Origin: Eledone cirrhosa
Taxonomy: Eukaryota
DNA length: 64,000 nt
Direction: 5' to 3'
Assembly: GCA_964016885.1 (NCBI GenBank)
Contig: OZ024743.1
Span: forward strand, 140,244,001 to 140,308,000
Shown: positions 46,401 through 60,600 of the stretch, piece by piece
Numbering within the stretch: the first letter of the stretch is position 1
How the letters are laid out: each line of letters starts with the position of its first letter
The notes under the pieces: generated by a model
What the model was told of the DNA's origin: nothing
The model's input: the letters and a program-made list of their open reading frames with translations, nothing else
The model's database searches: none
Program-made: the position numbers and the translations under genes

Positions 46401-49400
46401 GTTTGGTGCTTGGTGTTTGGTGCTTGGTGCTTGGTGCTTGGTGTTAGGTGTTTGGTGCTTCATGCCTGGTGCTTGGTGTTTGGTGCTTGGTGCTTGGTGT
46501 TTGGTGCTTGGTGCCTGGTGCGTGGTGTTTGTTGCTTGGTGCTTGGTGTTTGGTGTTTGGTGCTTGGTGTTTGGTGCTTGGTGCTTGGTGTTAGGTGTTA
46601 GGTGTTTGGTGCTTGGTGCTTGGTGCTTGGTGTTTGGTGTTTGGTGTTTGGCGCTTGCTGCTTGCTGCTTGGTGTTTGGTGCTTGGTGATTGGTGCTTGG
46701 TGTTTGGTGCTTGGTGCTTGGTGTTTGGTGCTAGGTGCTTGGTGCTTGGTGCTTGGTGTTTGGTGTTTGGTGCTTGGTACTTGGGGCTTGGTGTTTGGTG
46801 CTTGGTGCTTCGTGTTTGGTGTTTGGTGCTTGGTGCTTGGTGTTTGGTGTTTGGTGCTTGGTGTTTGGTGCTTGGTGCTTGGTGCTTGGTGCTTGGTGTT
46901 TGGTGCTTGGTGCTTGGTGCTTTGTGTTTGGTGATTGGTGTTTGGTGTTTGGTGCTTGGTGCTTGGTGTTTGGTGTTTGGTGCTTGGTGATTAGTGTTTG
47001 GTGCTTGGTGCTTGGGGTTTGGTGTTTGGTGCTTGGTGCTTGGTGCTTGGTGCTTGGTTCTTGGTGTTTGGTGCTCGGTGCTTGGTGCTTGGTGTTTGGT
47101 GCTTGGTGCTTGGTGGTTGGTGCTTGGTGTTTGGTGCTTTACGTTTGGTGCTTGGTGCTTGGTGCTTGGTGCATGGTGCTTGGTGTTTGGTGCTTGGTGT
47201 TTGGTGCTTGGTGTTAGGAGTTAGGTGCTTGGTGCTTGGTGTTTGGTGTTTGGTGCTTGGTATTTGGTGCTTAGTGATTGGTGTTTGGTGTTTGGTGCTT
47301 GGTGTTTGGTGCTTGCTACGTGGTGCTTGGTGCTTGGTGTTAGGTGTTTGGTGCTTGGTGCGTGGTGTTTGGTTTTTGGTGCTTGGTGCTTGGTGTTTGG
47401 TGATTGGTGCTTGCTGCTGGCTGCTTGGTGTTTGGTGCTTGGTGAATGGTGCTTGGTGTTTGGTGCTTGGTGTTTGGTGTTTTGTGCTAGGTGCTTTGTG
47501 CTTGGTGTTTGGTGATGATTGGTGCTTGGTGTTTGGTGTTTGGTGCTTGGTGCTTGGTGTTTGGTGCTTGGTGCTGGGTGGTTGGTGTTTGGTGCTTGGT
47601 GTTTGGTGCTGGGTGCTTGGTGTTTGGTGATTGGTGCTTGGTCTTTGGTGCTTGGTGTTTGTTGTTTGGTGCTTGGTGCTTGGTGCTTGGTGTTTGGTGC
47701 TTGGTGCTTGGTGTTTGGTGCTTGGTGCTTAGTGTTTGGTGCTAGGTGCTTGGGGTTTGGTGTTTAGTGCTTGGTGCTTGGTGTTTGGTGCTTGGTGCTT
47801 GGTGCTTGGTCTTTGGTGTTTGGTGTTTAGTGCTTGGTGCTTGGTGCTTGGTGTTTGGTGCTTGGTGCTTGGTGCATTGTGATTAGTGTTTGGTGATTGG
47901 TGCTTGGGGTTTGGTGTTTGGTGCTTGGTGCTTGGTGTTTGGTGATTGGTACTTGGTGTTTGGTGCTTGGTGTTTGCTGTTTGCTGTTTGGTGTTTTTGG
48001 TATTTGCTGTTTGCTGTTTGGTGTCTGCTTTTTGGTGTTTGGTGTTTGCTCTATGGTGTTTGCTGTTTCATGTTTGGTGTTTGCTGTTTGGTGTTTGGTG
48101 TTTGCTGTTTGGTGTTTGTCTTTGGTGCTTGGTCTTTGGTGCTTGGTGTTTGGTGCTTGGTGCTTGGTGTTTGGTGTTTGGTGCTTGGAGTTTGCTGTTT
48201 GGTGTTTGGTGTTTGGTGTTTGCTGTTTGGTGTTTGGTGCTTGGTGCTTGGTGCTTGGTGTTTGGTGCTTGGTGCTTGGTGTTTGGTGCTTGGTGCTTGG
48301 TGTTTGGTGCTTGGTGCCCGGTGCTTGTTGTTTGGTGATTGGTGCTTGGTGTTTGCTGTTTGGTGTTTGGTGTTTGGTGTTTGCTGTTTGGTGTTTGGTG
48401 CTGGGTGCTTGGTGTTTGGTGTTTGATGCTTGGTGTTTGATGCTTGGTGCTTGGTGCTTGGTGTTTGCTGTTTGGTGTTTGCTGTTTGGTGTTTGGTGCT
48501 TGGTGTTTGATGTTTGGTGCTTCATGCTTGGTGCTTGGTGTTTGGTGCTTGGTGCCTGGTGCATGGTGTTTGGTGCTTGATGCTTGGTGTTTGGTGTTTG
48601 GTGCTTGGTGTTTGGTGCTTGGTGCTTGGTGCTTGGTGTTAGGTGTTAGGTGTTTGATGCTTGGTGCTTGGTGTTTGGTGTTTGGTGTTTGGTGTTTGCT
48701 GTTTGGTGTTTGGTCTTTGGTGCTTGGTCTTTGGTGCATGGTGTTTGGTGCTTGGTGCTTGGTGTTTGGTGCTTGGTGCCTGGTGCTTGTTGTTTGGTGT
48801 TTGGTGTTTGCTGTTTTGTGTTTGGTGCTTGGTGCTTGGTGCTTGGTGTTTGGTGCTTGGTGCTTGGTGTTTGGTGCTTGGTGCTTGATGCTTGGTGTTT
48901 GTACTTGGTGCTTGGTGCATGGTGTTTTGTGCTTGATTCTTGGTGTTTGGTGCTTGGTGTTTGGTGATTAGTGCTTGGTGTTTGGTGTTTGGTGCTTGGT
49001 GTTTGGTGCTTGGTGCTTGGTGCTTGGTGTTTGGTGTTTGGTGCTTCATGCTTGGTGCTTGGTGTTTGGTGCTTGGTGCTTGGTGTTTGGTGCTTGGTGC
49101 CTGGTGCATGGTGTTTGGTGCTTGATGCTTGGTGTTTGGTGTTTGGTGCTTGGTGTCTGGGGCTTGGTGCTTGGTGCTTGGTGTTAGGTGTTAGGTGTTT
49201 GGTGATTGGTGCTTGGTGTTTGGTGCTTGGTGCTTGATGTTTGGTGCTTGGTGCTTGGTGTTTGGTGCTTGGTGTTTGGTGCTTGGTACTTGGGGCTTGG
49301 TGTTTGGTGCTTGGTGCTTGGTGTTTGGTGTTTGGTGCTTGGTGTTTGGTGCTTGGTGCTTGGTGCTGGGTGGTTGGTGTTTGCTGCTTGGTGCTTGGTG

Positions 49401-49749
49401 TTTGGTGCTTGGTGCTTGGTGCTTGGTGTTTGGTGCTTGGCGCTTGGTGCTTGGTGTTTGGTGCTTGGTGATTAGTGTTTGGTGCTTGGTGCTTGGGGTT
49501 TGGTGTTTGGTGCTTGGTGCTTGGTGTTTGGTGCTTGGTGCTCGGTGTTTGGTGCTTGGTGTTTGGTTTTTGATGTTTGGTGTTTGGTGTTTGCTGTTTG
49601 GTGTCTGCTTTCTGGTGTTTGGTGTTTGCTGTATCGTGTTTGCTGTTTCGTGTTTATTGTTTGCTGTTTGGTGTTTGTTGTTTGGTGTTTGGTGTTTCCT
49701 GTTTGGTGTTTAGTCTTTGGTGTTTGGTGTTTGGTGCTTGGTGCTTGGT

Positions 49750-50570
49750 GTTTGGTGTTTGGTGCTTGGGGCTTGGTGTTTGGTGCTGCGTGCTTGGTGC
49801 TTGGTGCTTGGTGCTTGGTGCTTGGTGTTTGGTGTTTGATGATTGGTGTTTGGTGTTTGGTGTTTGGTGCTTGGTGCTTGGTGTTTGGTGTTTGATGCTT
49901 GCTGCTTGATGCTTGGTGCTTGGTGCTTGGTGTTTGGTGCTTGGTGCTTGGTGTTTGGTGCTTGGTACTTGGTGTTTGGTGCTTGGTGTTTGCTGTTTGC
50001 TGTTTGGTGTTTGGTGTTTGCTGTTTGCTGTTTGGTGTCTGCTTTTTGGTGTTTGTTGTTTGCTCTATGGTGTTTGCTGTTTCATGTTTGGTGTTTGCTG
50101 TTTGGTGTTTGGTGTTTGCTGTTTGGTGTTTGGTGCTTGGTGTTTGGTGCTTGGTGCTTGTTGTTTGGTGATTGGTGCTTGGTGCTTGGTGTTTGCTGTT
50201 TGGTGCTTGGGGCTTGGTGTTTGGTGCTGCGTGCTTGGTGCTTGGTGCTTGGTGTTTGGTGTTTGATGATTGGCGTTTGGTGTTTGGTGTTTGGTGCTTG
50301 GTGCTTGGTGTTTGGTGTTTGATGCTTGCTGCTTGATGCTTGGTGCTTGGTGCTTGGTGTTTGGTGCTTGGTGCTTGGTGTTTGGTGCTTGGTACTTGGT
50401 GTTTGGTGCTTGGTGTTTGCTGTTTGCTGTTTGGTGTTTGGTGTTTGCTGTTTGCTGTTTGGTGTCTGCTTTTTGGTGTTTGTTGTTTGCTCTATGGTGT
50501 TTGCTGTTTCGTGTTTGGTGTTTGCTGTTTGGTGTTTGGTGTTTGCTGTTTGGTGTTTGGTGCTTGGTGT
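49750..50570 (+). repeat. Nested 427-bp (61-monomer) tandem dimer inside each 4.1-kb unit
   Basis: ORF pairs 49843/50270, 54018/54445 and 58145/58572 are offset by 427. Landmarks TGCGTGC, TTGATGA and TTGATGC TTGCTGC TTGATGC repeat. Confidence 0.85.
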
Positions 50571-50689
50571 TTGGTGCTTGGTGCTTGGTGTTTGGTGCTA
50601 GGTGCTTGGTGTTTGGTGCTTGGTGTTTGGTGTTTGGTGCTTGGTACTTGGGGCTTGGTGTTTGGTGCTTGGTGCTTCGTGCTTGGTGT

Positions 50690-51600
50690 TTGGTGCTTGG
50701 TGCCTGGTGCTTGTTGTTTGGTGATTGGTGCTTGGTGTTTGCTGTTTGGTGCTGCGTGCTTGGTGCTTGGTGCTTGGTGCTTGGTGCTTGGTGTTTTGTG
50801 TTTGGTGTTTGATGCTTGGTGTTTGGTGTTTGGTGCTTGATGCTTGGTGTTTGGTGTTTGATGCTTGGTGCTTGATGCTTGGTGCTTGGTGCTTGGTGTT
50901 TGGTGCTTGGTGCTTGGTGTTTGTACTTGGTGTTTGGTGCTTGGTGTTTGGTGCTTGGTGCTTGGTGTTTGGTGCTTGGTGCTTGGAGTTTGGTGTTTGG
51001 TGCTTGGTGTTTGGTGCTTGGTGCTTGGTGCTTGGTGTTAGGTGTTTGGTGCCTCATGCCTGGTGCTTGGTGTTTGGTGCTTGGTGCTTGGTGTTTGGTG
51101 TTTGGTGCTTCATGCTTGGTGCTTGGTGTTTGGTGCTTGGTGCTTGGTGTTTGGTGCTTGGTGCCTGGTGCATGGTGTTTGGTGCTTGATGCTTGGTGCT
51201 TGGTGTTTGGTGCTTGGTGCCTGGTGCTTGTTGTTTGGTGATTGGTGCTTGGTGTTTGCTGTTTGGTGCTGCGTGCTTGGTGCTTGGTGCTTGGTGCTTG
51301 GTGCTTGGTGTTTTGTGTTTGGTGTTTGATGCTTGGTGTTTGGTGTTTGGTGCTTGGTGCTTGGTGTTTGGTGTTTGATGCTTGGTGCTTGATGCTTGGT
51401 GCTTGGTGCTTGGTGTTTGGTGCTTGGTGCTTGGTGTTTGTACTTGGTGTTTGGTGCTTGGTGTTTGGAGCTTGGTGCTTGGTGTTTGGTGCTTGGGGCT
51501 TGGTGTTTGGTGTTTGGTGCTTGGTGTTTGGTGCTTGGTGCTTGGTGCTTGGTGTTAGGTGTTTGGTGCTTCATGCCTGGTGCTTGGTGTTTGGTGCTTG
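50690..51600 (+). repeat. Nested 517-bp (74 monomers minus 1 bp) tandem dimer inside each 4.1-kb unit
   Basis: ORF pairs 50725/51242, 50879/51396 and 54900/55417 are offset by 517; 59027/59530 by 503 (two monomers shorter). Each unit holds one TTGTAC 6-mer. Confidence 0.85.
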
Positions 51601-54600
51601 GTGCATGGTGTTTGGTGCTTGGTGCCTGGTGCATGGTGTTTGTTGCTTGGTGCTTGGTGTTTGGTGTTTGGTGCTTGGTGTTTGGTGCTTGGTGCTTGGT
51701 GTTAGGTGTTAGGTGTTTGGTGCTTGGTGCTTGGTGCTTGGTGTTTGGTGTTTGGTGTTTGGCGCTTGCTGCTTGCTGCTTGGTGTTTGGTGCTTGGTGA
51801 TTGGTGCTTGGTGTTTGGTGCTTGGTGCTTGGTGTTTGGTGCTAGGTGCTTGGTGCTTGGTGCTTGGTGTTTGGTGTTTTGTGCTTGGTACTTGGGGCTT
51901 GGTGTTTGGTGCTTGGTGCTTCGTGTTTGGTGTTTGGTGCTTGGTGCTTGGTGTTTGGTGTTTGGTGCTTGGTGTTTGGTGCCTGGTGCTTGGTGCTTGG
52001 TGCTTGGTGTTTGGTGCTTGGTGCTTGGTGCTTGGTGTTTGGTGATTGGTGTTTGGTGTTTGGTGCTTGGTGCTTGGTGTTTGGTGCTTGGTGCTTGGTG
52101 ATTAGTGTTTGGTGCTTGGTGCTTGGGGTTTGGTGTTTGGTGCTTGGTGCTTGGTGCTTGGTGCTTGGTTCTTGGTGTTTGGTGCTTGGTGCTTCGTGCT
52201 TGGTGTTTGGTGCTTGGTGCTTGGTGTTTGGTGCTTGGTGTTTGGTGCTTGGTGTTTGGTGCTTGGTGCTTGGTGCTTGGTGCATGGTGCTTGGTGTTTG
52301 GTGCTTGGTGTTTGGTGCTTGGTGTTAGGAGTTTGGTGCTTGGTGCTTGGTGTTTGGTGTTTGGTGCTTGGTATTTGGTGCTTGGTGCTTGGTGTTTAGT
52401 GTTTGGTGCTTGGTGTTTGGTGCTTGCTACGTGGTGCTTGGTGCTTGGTGTTAGGTGTTTGGTGCTTGGTGCGTGGTGTTTGGTTTTTGGTGCTTGGTGC
52501 TTGGTGTTTGGTGTTTGGTGCTTGCTGCTGGCTGCTTGGTGTTTGGTGCTTGGTGATTGGTGCTTGGTGTTTGGTGCTTGGTGTTTGGTGTTTGGTGCTA
52601 GGTGCTTGGTGCTTGGTGTTTGGTGATGATTGGTGCTTGGTGCTTGGTCTTTGGTGCTTGGTGTTTGGTGTTTGGTGCTTGGTGCTTGGTGCTTGGTGTT
52701 TGGTGCTTGGTGCTTGGTGTTTGGTGCTTGGTGCTTAGTGTTTGGTGCTAGGTGCTTGGGGTTTGGTGTTTAGTGCTTGGTGCTTGGTGTTTGGTGCTTG
52801 GTGCTTGGTGCTTGGTCTTTGGTGTTTGGTGTTTAGTGCTTGGTGCTTGGTGCTTGGTGCTTGGTGCTTGGTGCTTGGTGCATTGTGATTAGTGTTTGGT
52901 GCTTGGTGCTTGGGGTTTGGTGTTTGGTGCTTGGTGCTTGGTGTTTGGTGATTGGTACTTGGTGTTTGGTGCTTGGTGTTTGCTGTTTGTTGTTTGGTGT
53001 TTTTGGTGTTTGCTGTTTGCTGTTTGGTGTCTGCTTTTTGGTGTTTGGTGTTTGCTCTATGGTGTTTGCTGTTTCATGTTTGGTGTTTGCTGTTTGGTGT
53101 TTGGTGTTTGCTGTTTGGTGTTTGGTCTTTGGTGCTTGGTCTTTGATGCTTGGTGTTTGGTGCTTGGTGCTTGGTGTTTGGTGTTTGGTGCGTGGTGACT
53201 GGTGCTTGTTGTTTGGTGATTGGTGCTTGGTGTTTGCTGTTTGGTGTTTGGTGTTTGGTGTTTGCTGTTTGGTGTTTGGTGCTTGGTGCTTGGTGCTTGG
53301 TGTTTGGTGCTTGGTGCTTGGTGTTTGGTGCTTGGTGCTTGGTGTTTGGTGCTTGGTGCCTGGTGCTTGTTGTTTGGTGATTGGTGCTTGGTGTTTGCTG
53401 TCTGGTGTTTGGTGTTTGGTGTTTGCTGTTTGGTGTTTGGTGCTGGGTGCTTGGTGTTTGTTGTTTGATGCTTGGTGTTTGATGCTTGGTGCTTGGTGCT
53501 TGGTGTTTGGTGTTTGGTGTTTGCTGTTTGGTGTTTGGTGCTTGGTGCTTGGTGCTTGGTGTTTGGTGCTTGGTGCTTGGTGCTTGGTGCTTGGTGCTTG
53601 GTGTTTGGTGCTTGGCGCTTGGTGCTTGGTGTTTGGTGCTTGGTGATTAGTGTTTGGTGCTTGGTGCTTGGGGTTTGGTGTTTGGTGCTTGGTGCTTGGT
53701 GTTTGGTGCTTGGTGCTCGGTGTTTGGTGCTTGGTGTTTGGTTTTTGCTGTTTGGTGTTTGGTGTTTGCTGTTTGGTGTCTGCTTTCTGGTGTTTGGTGT
53801 TTGCTGTATCGTGTTTGCTGTTTCGTGTTTATTGTTTGCTGTTTGGTGTTTGTTGTTTGGTGTTTGGTGTTTCCTGTTTGGTGTTTAGTCTTTGGTGTTT
53901 GGTGTTTGGTGCTTGGTGCTTGGTGTTTGGTGTTTGGTGCTTGGGGCTTGGTGTTTGGTGCTGCGTGCTTGGTGCTTGGTGCTTGGTGCTTGGTGCTTGG
54001 TGTTTGGTGTTTGATGATTGGTGTTTGGTGTTTGGTGTTTGGTGCTTGGTGCTTGGTGTTTGGTGTTTGATGCTTGCTGCTTGATGCTTGGTGCTTGGTG
54101 CTTGGTGTTTGGTGCTTGGTGCTTGGTGTTTGGTGCTTGGTACTTGGTGTTTGGTGCTTGGTGTTTGCTGTTTGCTGTTTGGTGTTTGGTGTTTGCTGTT
54201 TGCTGTTTGGTGTCTGCTTTTTGGTGTTTGTTATTTGCTCTATGGTGTTTGCTGTTTCATGTTTGGTGTTTGCTGTTTGGTGTTTGGTGTTTGCTGTTTG
54301 GTGTTTGGTGCTTGGTGTTTGGTGCTTGGTGCTTGTTGTTTGGTGATTGGTGCTTGGTGCTTGGTGTTTGCTGTTTGGTGCTTGGGGCTTGGTGTTTGGT
54401 GCTGCGTGCTTGGTGCTTGGTGCTTGGTGTTTGGTGTTTGATGATTGGCGTTTGGTGTTTGGTGTTTGGTGCTTGGTGCTTGGTGTTTGGTGTTTGATGC
54501 TTGCTGCTTGATGCTTGGTGCTTGGTGCTTGGTGTTTGGTGCTTGGTGCTTGGTGTTTGGTGCTTGGTACTTGGTGTTTGGTGCTTGGTGTTTGCTGTTT

Positions 54601-57600
54601 GCTGTTTGGTGTTTAGTGTTTGCTGTTTGCTGTTTGGTGTCTGCTTTTTGTTGTTTGTTGTTTGCTCTATGGTGTTTGCTGTTTCGTGTTTGGTGTTTGC
54701 TGTTTGGTGTTTGGTGTTTGCTGTTTGGTGTTTGGTGCTTGGTGTTTGGTACTTGGTGCTTGGTGTTTGGTGCTAGGTGCTTGGTGTTTGGTGCTTGGTG
54801 TTTGGTGTTTGGTGCTTGGTACTTGGGGCTTGGTGTTTGGTGCTTGGTGCTTCGTGCTTGGTGTTTGGTGCTTGGTGCCTGGTGCTTGTTGTTTGGTGAT
54901 TGGTGCTTGGTGTTTGCTGTTTGGTGCTGCGTGCTTGGTGCTTGGTGCTTGGTGCTTGGTGCTTGGTGTTTTGTGTTTGGTGTTTGATGCTTGGTGTTTG
55001 GTGTTTGGTGCTTGATGCTTGGTGTTTGGTGTTTGATGCTTGGTGCTTGATGCTTGGTGCTTGGTGCTTGGTGTTTGGTGCTTGGTGCTTGGTGTTTGTA
55101 CTTGGTGTTTGGTGCTTGGTGTTTGGTGCTTGGTGCTTGGTGTTTGGTGCTTGGTGCTTGGTGTTTGGTGTTTGGTGCTTGGTGTTTGGTGCTTGGTGCT
55201 TGGTGCTTGGTGTTAGGTGTTTGGTGCTTCATGCCTGGTGCTTGGTGTTTGGTGCTTGGTGCTTGGTGTTTGGTGTTTGGTGCTTCATGCTTGGTGCTTG
55301 GTGTTTGGTGCTTGGTGCTTGGTGTTTGGTGCTTGGTGCCTGGTGCATGGTGTTTGGTGCTTGATGCTTGGTGCTTGGTGTTTGGTGCTTGGTGCCTGGT
55401 GCTTGTTGTTTGGTGATTGGTGCTTGGTGTTTGCTGTTTGGTGCTGCGTGCTTGGTGCTTGGTGCTTGGTGCTTGGTGCTTGGTGTTTTGTGTTTGGTGT
55501 TTGATGCTTGGTGTTTGGTGTTTGGTGCTTGGTGCTTGGTGTTTGGTGTTTGATGCTTGGTGCTTGATGCTTGGTGCTTGGTGCTTGGTGTTTGGTGCTT
55601 GGTGCTTGGTGTTTGTACTTGGTGTTTGGTGCTTGGTGTTTGGAGCTTGGTGCTTGGTGTTTGGTGCCTGGTGCTTGGTGTTTGGTGTTTGGTGCTTGGT
55701 GTTTGGTGCTTGGTGCTTGGTGCTTGGTGTTAGGTGTTTGGTGCTTCATGCCTGGTGCTTGGTGTTTGGTGCTTGGTGCATGGTGTTTGGTGCTTGGTGC
55801 CTGGTGCATGGTGTTTGTTGCTTGGTGCTTGGTGTTTGGTGTTTGGTGCTTGGTGTTTGGTGCTTGGTGCTTGGTGTTAGGTGTTAGGTGTTTGGTGCTT
55901 GGTGCTTGGTGCTTGGTGTTTGGTGTTTGGTGTTTGGCGCTTGCTGCTTGCTGCTTGGTGTTTGGTACTTGGTGATTGGTGCTTGGTGTTTGCTGCTTGG
56001 TGCTTGGTGTTTGGTGCTAGGTGCTTGGTGCTTGGTGCTTGGTGTTTGGTGTTTGGTGCTTGGTACTTGGGGCTTGGTGTTTGGTGCTTGGTGCTTCGTG
56101 TTTGGTGTTTGGTGCTTGGTGCTTGGTGTTTGGTGTTTGGTGCTTGGTGTTTGGTGCTTGGTGCTTGGTGCTTGGTGCTTGGTGTTTGGTGCTTGGTGCT
56201 TGGTGCTTGGTGTTTGGTGATTGGTGTTTGGTGTTTGGTGCTTGGTGCTTGGTGTTTGGTGCTTGGTGCTTGGTGATTAGTGTTTGGTGCTTGGTGCTTG
56301 GGGTTTGGTGTTTGGTGCTTGGTGCTTGGTGCTTGGTGCTTGGTTCTTGGTGTTTGGTGCTTGGTGCTTGGTGCTTGGTGTTTGGTGCTTGGTGCTTGGT
56401 GTTTGGTGCTTGGTGTTTGGTGCTTGGTGTTTGGTGCTTGGTGCTTGGTGCTTGGTGCATGGTGCTTGGTGTTTGGTGCTTGGTGTTTGGTGCTTGGTGT
56501 TAGGAGTTTGGTGCTTGGTGCTTGGTGTTTGGTGTTTGGTGCTTGGTATTTGGTGCTTGGTGCTTGGTGTTTGGTGTTTGGTGCTTGGTGTTTGGTGCTT
56601 GCTACGTGGTGCTTGGTGCTTGGTGTTAGGTGTTTGGTGCTTGGTGCGTGGTGTTTGGTTTTTCGGTGCTTGGTGCTTGGTGTTTGGTGTTTGGTGCTTG
56701 CTGCTGGCTGCTTGGTGTTTGGTGCTTGGTGATTGGTGCTTGGTGTTTGGTGATGATTGGTGCTTGGTGCTTGGTCTTTGGTGCTTGGTGTTTGGTGTTT
56801 GGTGCTTGGTGCTTGGTGCTTGGTGTTTGGTGCTTGGTGCTTGGTGTTTGGTGCTTGGTGCTTAGTGTTTGGTGCTAGGTGCTTGGGGTTTGGTGTTTAG
56901 TGCTTGGTGCTTGGTGTTTGGTGCTTGGTGCTTGGTGCTTGGTCTTTGGTGTTTGGTGTTTAGTGCTTGGTGCTTGGTGCTTGGTGCTTGGTGCTTGGTG
57001 CTTGGTGCATTGTGATTAGTGTTTGGTGCTTGGTGCTTGGGGTTTGGTGTTTGGTGCTTGGTGCTTGGTGTTTGGTGATTGGTACTTGGTGTTTGGTGCT
57101 TGGTGTTTGCTGTTTGTTGTTTGGTGTTTTTGGTGTTTGCTGTTTGCTGTTTGGTGTCTGCTTTTTGGTGTTTGGTGTTTGCTCTATGGTGTTTGCTGTT
57201 TCATGTTTGGTGTTTGCTGTTTGGTGTTTGGTGTTTGCTGTTTGGTGTTTGGTCTTTGGTGCTTGGTCTTTGATGCTTGGTGTTTGGTGCTTGGTGCTTG
57301 GTGTTTGGTGTTTGGTGCGTGGTGACTGGTGCTTGTTGTTTGGTGATTGGTGCTTGGTGTTTGCTGTTTGGTGTTTGGTGTTTGGTGTTTGCTGTTTGGT
57401 GTTTGGTGCTTGGTGCTTGGTGCTTGGTGTTTGGTGCTTGGTGCTTGGTGTTTGGTGCTTGGTGCTTGGTGTTTGGTGCTTGGTGCCTGGTGCTTGTTGT
57501 TTGGTGATTGGTGCTTGGTGTTTGCTGTCTGGTGTTTGGTGTTTGGTGTTTGCTGTTTGGTGTTTGGTGCTGGGTGCTTGGTGTTTGTTGTTTGATGCTT

Positions 57601-60600
57601 GGTGTTTGATGCTTGGTGCTTGGTGCTTGGTGTTTGGTGTTTGGTGTTTGCTGTTTGGTGTTTGGTGCTTGGTGCTTGGTGCTTGGTGTTTGGTGCTTGG
57701 TGCTTGGTGCTTGGTGCTTGGTGCTTGGTGTTTGGTGCTTGGCGCTTGGTGCTTGGTGTTTGGTGCTTGGTGATTAGTGTTTGGTGCTTGGTGCTTGGGG
57801 TTTGGTGTTTGGTGCTTGGTGCTTGGTGTTTGGTGCTTGGTGCTCGGTGTTTGGTGCTTGGTGTTTGGTTTTTGATGTTTGGTGTTTGGTGTTTGCTGTT
57901 TGGTGTCTGCTTTCTGGTGTTTGGTGTTTGCTGTATCGTGTTTGCTGTTTCGTGTTTATTGTTTGCTGTTTGGTGTTTGTTGTTTGGTGTTTGGTGTTTC
58001 CTGTTTGGTGTTTAGTCTTTGGTGTTTGGTGTTTGGTGCTTGGTGCTTGGTGTTTGGTGTTTGGTGCTTGGGGCTTGGTGTTTGGTGCTGCGTGCTTGGT
58101 GCTTGGTGCTTGGTGCTTGGTGCTTGGTGTTTGGTGTTTGATGATTGGTGTTTGGTGTTTGGTGTTTGGTGCTTGGTGCTTGGTGTTTGGTGTTTGATGC
58201 TTGCTGCTTGATGCTTGGTGCTTGGTGCTTGGTGTTTGGTGCTTGGTGCTTGGTGTTTGGTGCTTGGTACTTGGTGTTTGGTGCTTGGTGTTTGCTGTTT
58301 GCTGTTTGGTGTTTGGTGTTTGCTGTTTGCTGTTTGGTGTCTGCTTTTTGGTGTTTGTTGTTTGCTCTATGGTGTTTGCTGTTTCATGTTTGGTGTTTGC
58401 TGTTTGGTGTTTGGTGTTTGCTGTTTGGTGTTTGGTGCTTGGTGTTTGGTGCTTGGTGCTTGTTGTTTGGTGATTGGTGCTTGGTGCTTGGTGTTTGCTG
58501 TTTGGTGCTTGGGGCTTGGTGTTTGGTGCTGCGTGCTTGGTGCTTGGTGCTTGGTGTTTGGTGTTTGATGATTGGCGTTTGGTGTTTGGTGTTTGGTGTT
58601 TGGTGCTTGGTGTTTGGTGTTTGATGCTTGCTGCTTGATGCTTGGTGCTTGGTGCTTGGTGTTTGGTGCTTGGTGCTTGGTGTTTGGTGCTTGGTACTTG
58701 GTGTTTGGTGCTTGGTGTTTGCTGTTTGCTGTTTGGTGTTTGGTGTTTGCTGTTTGCTGTTTGGTGTCTGCTTTTTGTTGTTTGTTGTTTGCTCTATGGT
58801 GTTTGCTGTTTCGTGTTTGGTGTTTGCTGTTTGGTGTTTGGTGTTTGCTGTTTGGTGTTTGGTGCTTGGTGTTTGGTGCTTGGTGCTTGGTGTTTGGTGC
58901 TAGGTGCTTGGTGTTTGGTGCTTGGTGTTTGGTGTTTGGTGCTTGGTACTTGGGGCTTGGTGTTTGGTGCTTGGTGCTTCGTGCTTGGTGTTTGGTGCTT
59001 GGTGCCTGGTGCTTGTTGTTTGGTGATTGGTGCTTGGTGTTTGCTGTTTGGTGCTGCGTGCTTGGTGCTTGGTGCTTGGTGCTTGGTGCTTGGTGTTTTG
59101 TGTTTGGTGTTTGATGCTTGGTGTTTGGTGTTTGGTGCTTGATGCTTGGTGTTTGGTGTTTGATGCTTGGTGCTTGATGCTTGGTGCTTGGTGCTTGGTG
59201 TTTGGTGCTTGGTGCTTGGTGTTTGTACTTGGTGTTTGGTGCTTGGTGTTTGGTGCTTGGTGCTTGGTGTTTGGTGCTTGGTGCTTGGTGTTTGGTGTTT
59301 GGTGCTTGGTGCTTGGTGCTTGGTGTTAGGTGTTTGGTGCTTCATGCCTGGTGCTTGGTGTTTGGTGCTTGGTGCTTGGTGTTTGGTGTTTGGTGCTTCA
59401 TGCTTGGTGCTTGGTGTTTGGTGCTTGGTGCTTGGTGTTTGGTGCTTGGTGCCTGGTGCATGGTGTTTGGTGCTTGATGCTTGGTGCTTGGTGTTTGGTG
59501 CTTGGTGCCTGGTGCTTGTTGTTTGGTGATTGGTGCTTGGTGTTTGCTGTTTGGTGCTGCGTGCTTGGTGCTTGGTGCTTGGTGCTTGGTGCTTGGTGTT
59601 TTGTGTTTGGTGTTTGATGCTTGGTGTTTGGTGTTTGGTGCTTGGTGCTTGGTGTTTGGTGTTTGATGCTTGGTGCTTGATGCTTGGTGCTTGGTGCTTG
59701 GTGTTTGGTGCTTGGTGCTTGGTGTTTGTACTTGGTGTTTGGTGCTTGGTGTTTGGAGCTTGGTGCTTGGTGTTTGGTGCTTGGTGCTTGGTGTTTGGTG
59801 TTTGGTGCTTGGTGTTTGGTGCTTGGTGCTTGGTGCTTGGTGTTAGGTGTTTGGTGCTTCATGCCTGGTGCTTGGTGTTTGGTGCTTGGTGCATGGTGTT
59901 TGGTGCTTGGTGCCTGGTGCATGGTGTTTGTTGCTTGGTGCTTGGTGTTTGGTGTTTGGTGCTTGGTGTTTGGTGCTTGGTGCTTGGTGTTAGGTGTTAG
60001 GTGTTTGGTGCTTGGTGCTTGGTGCTTGGTGTTTGGTGTTTGGTGTTTGGCGCTTGCTGCTTGCTGCTTGGTGTTTGGTACTTGGTGATTGGTGCTTGGT
60101 GTTTGCTGCTTGGTGCTTGGTGTTTGGTGCTAGGTGCTTGGTGCTTGGTGCTTGGTGTTTGGTGTTTGGTGCTTGGTACTTGGGGCTTGGTGTTTGGTGC
60201 TTGGTGCTTCGTGTTTGGTGTTTGGTGCTTGGTGCTTGGTGTTTGGTGTTTGGTGCTTGGTGTTTGGTGCTTGGTGCTTGGTGCTTGGTGCTTGGTGTTT
60301 GGTGCTTGGTGCTTGGTGCTTGGTGTTTGGTGATTGGTGTTTGGTGTTTGGTGCTTGGTGCTTGGTGTTTGGTGCTTGGTGCTTGGTGATTAGTGTTTGG
60401 TGCTTGGTGCTTGGGGTTTGGTGTTTGGTGCTTGGTGCTTGGTGCTTGGTGCTTGGTGCTTGGTTCTTGGTGTTTGGTGCTTGGTGCTTGGTGCTTGGTG
60501 TTTGGTGCTTGGTGCTTGGTGTTTGGTGCTTGGTGTTTGGTGCTTGGTGTTTGGTGCTTGGTGCTTGGTGCTTGGTGCATGGTGCTTGGTGTTTGGTGCT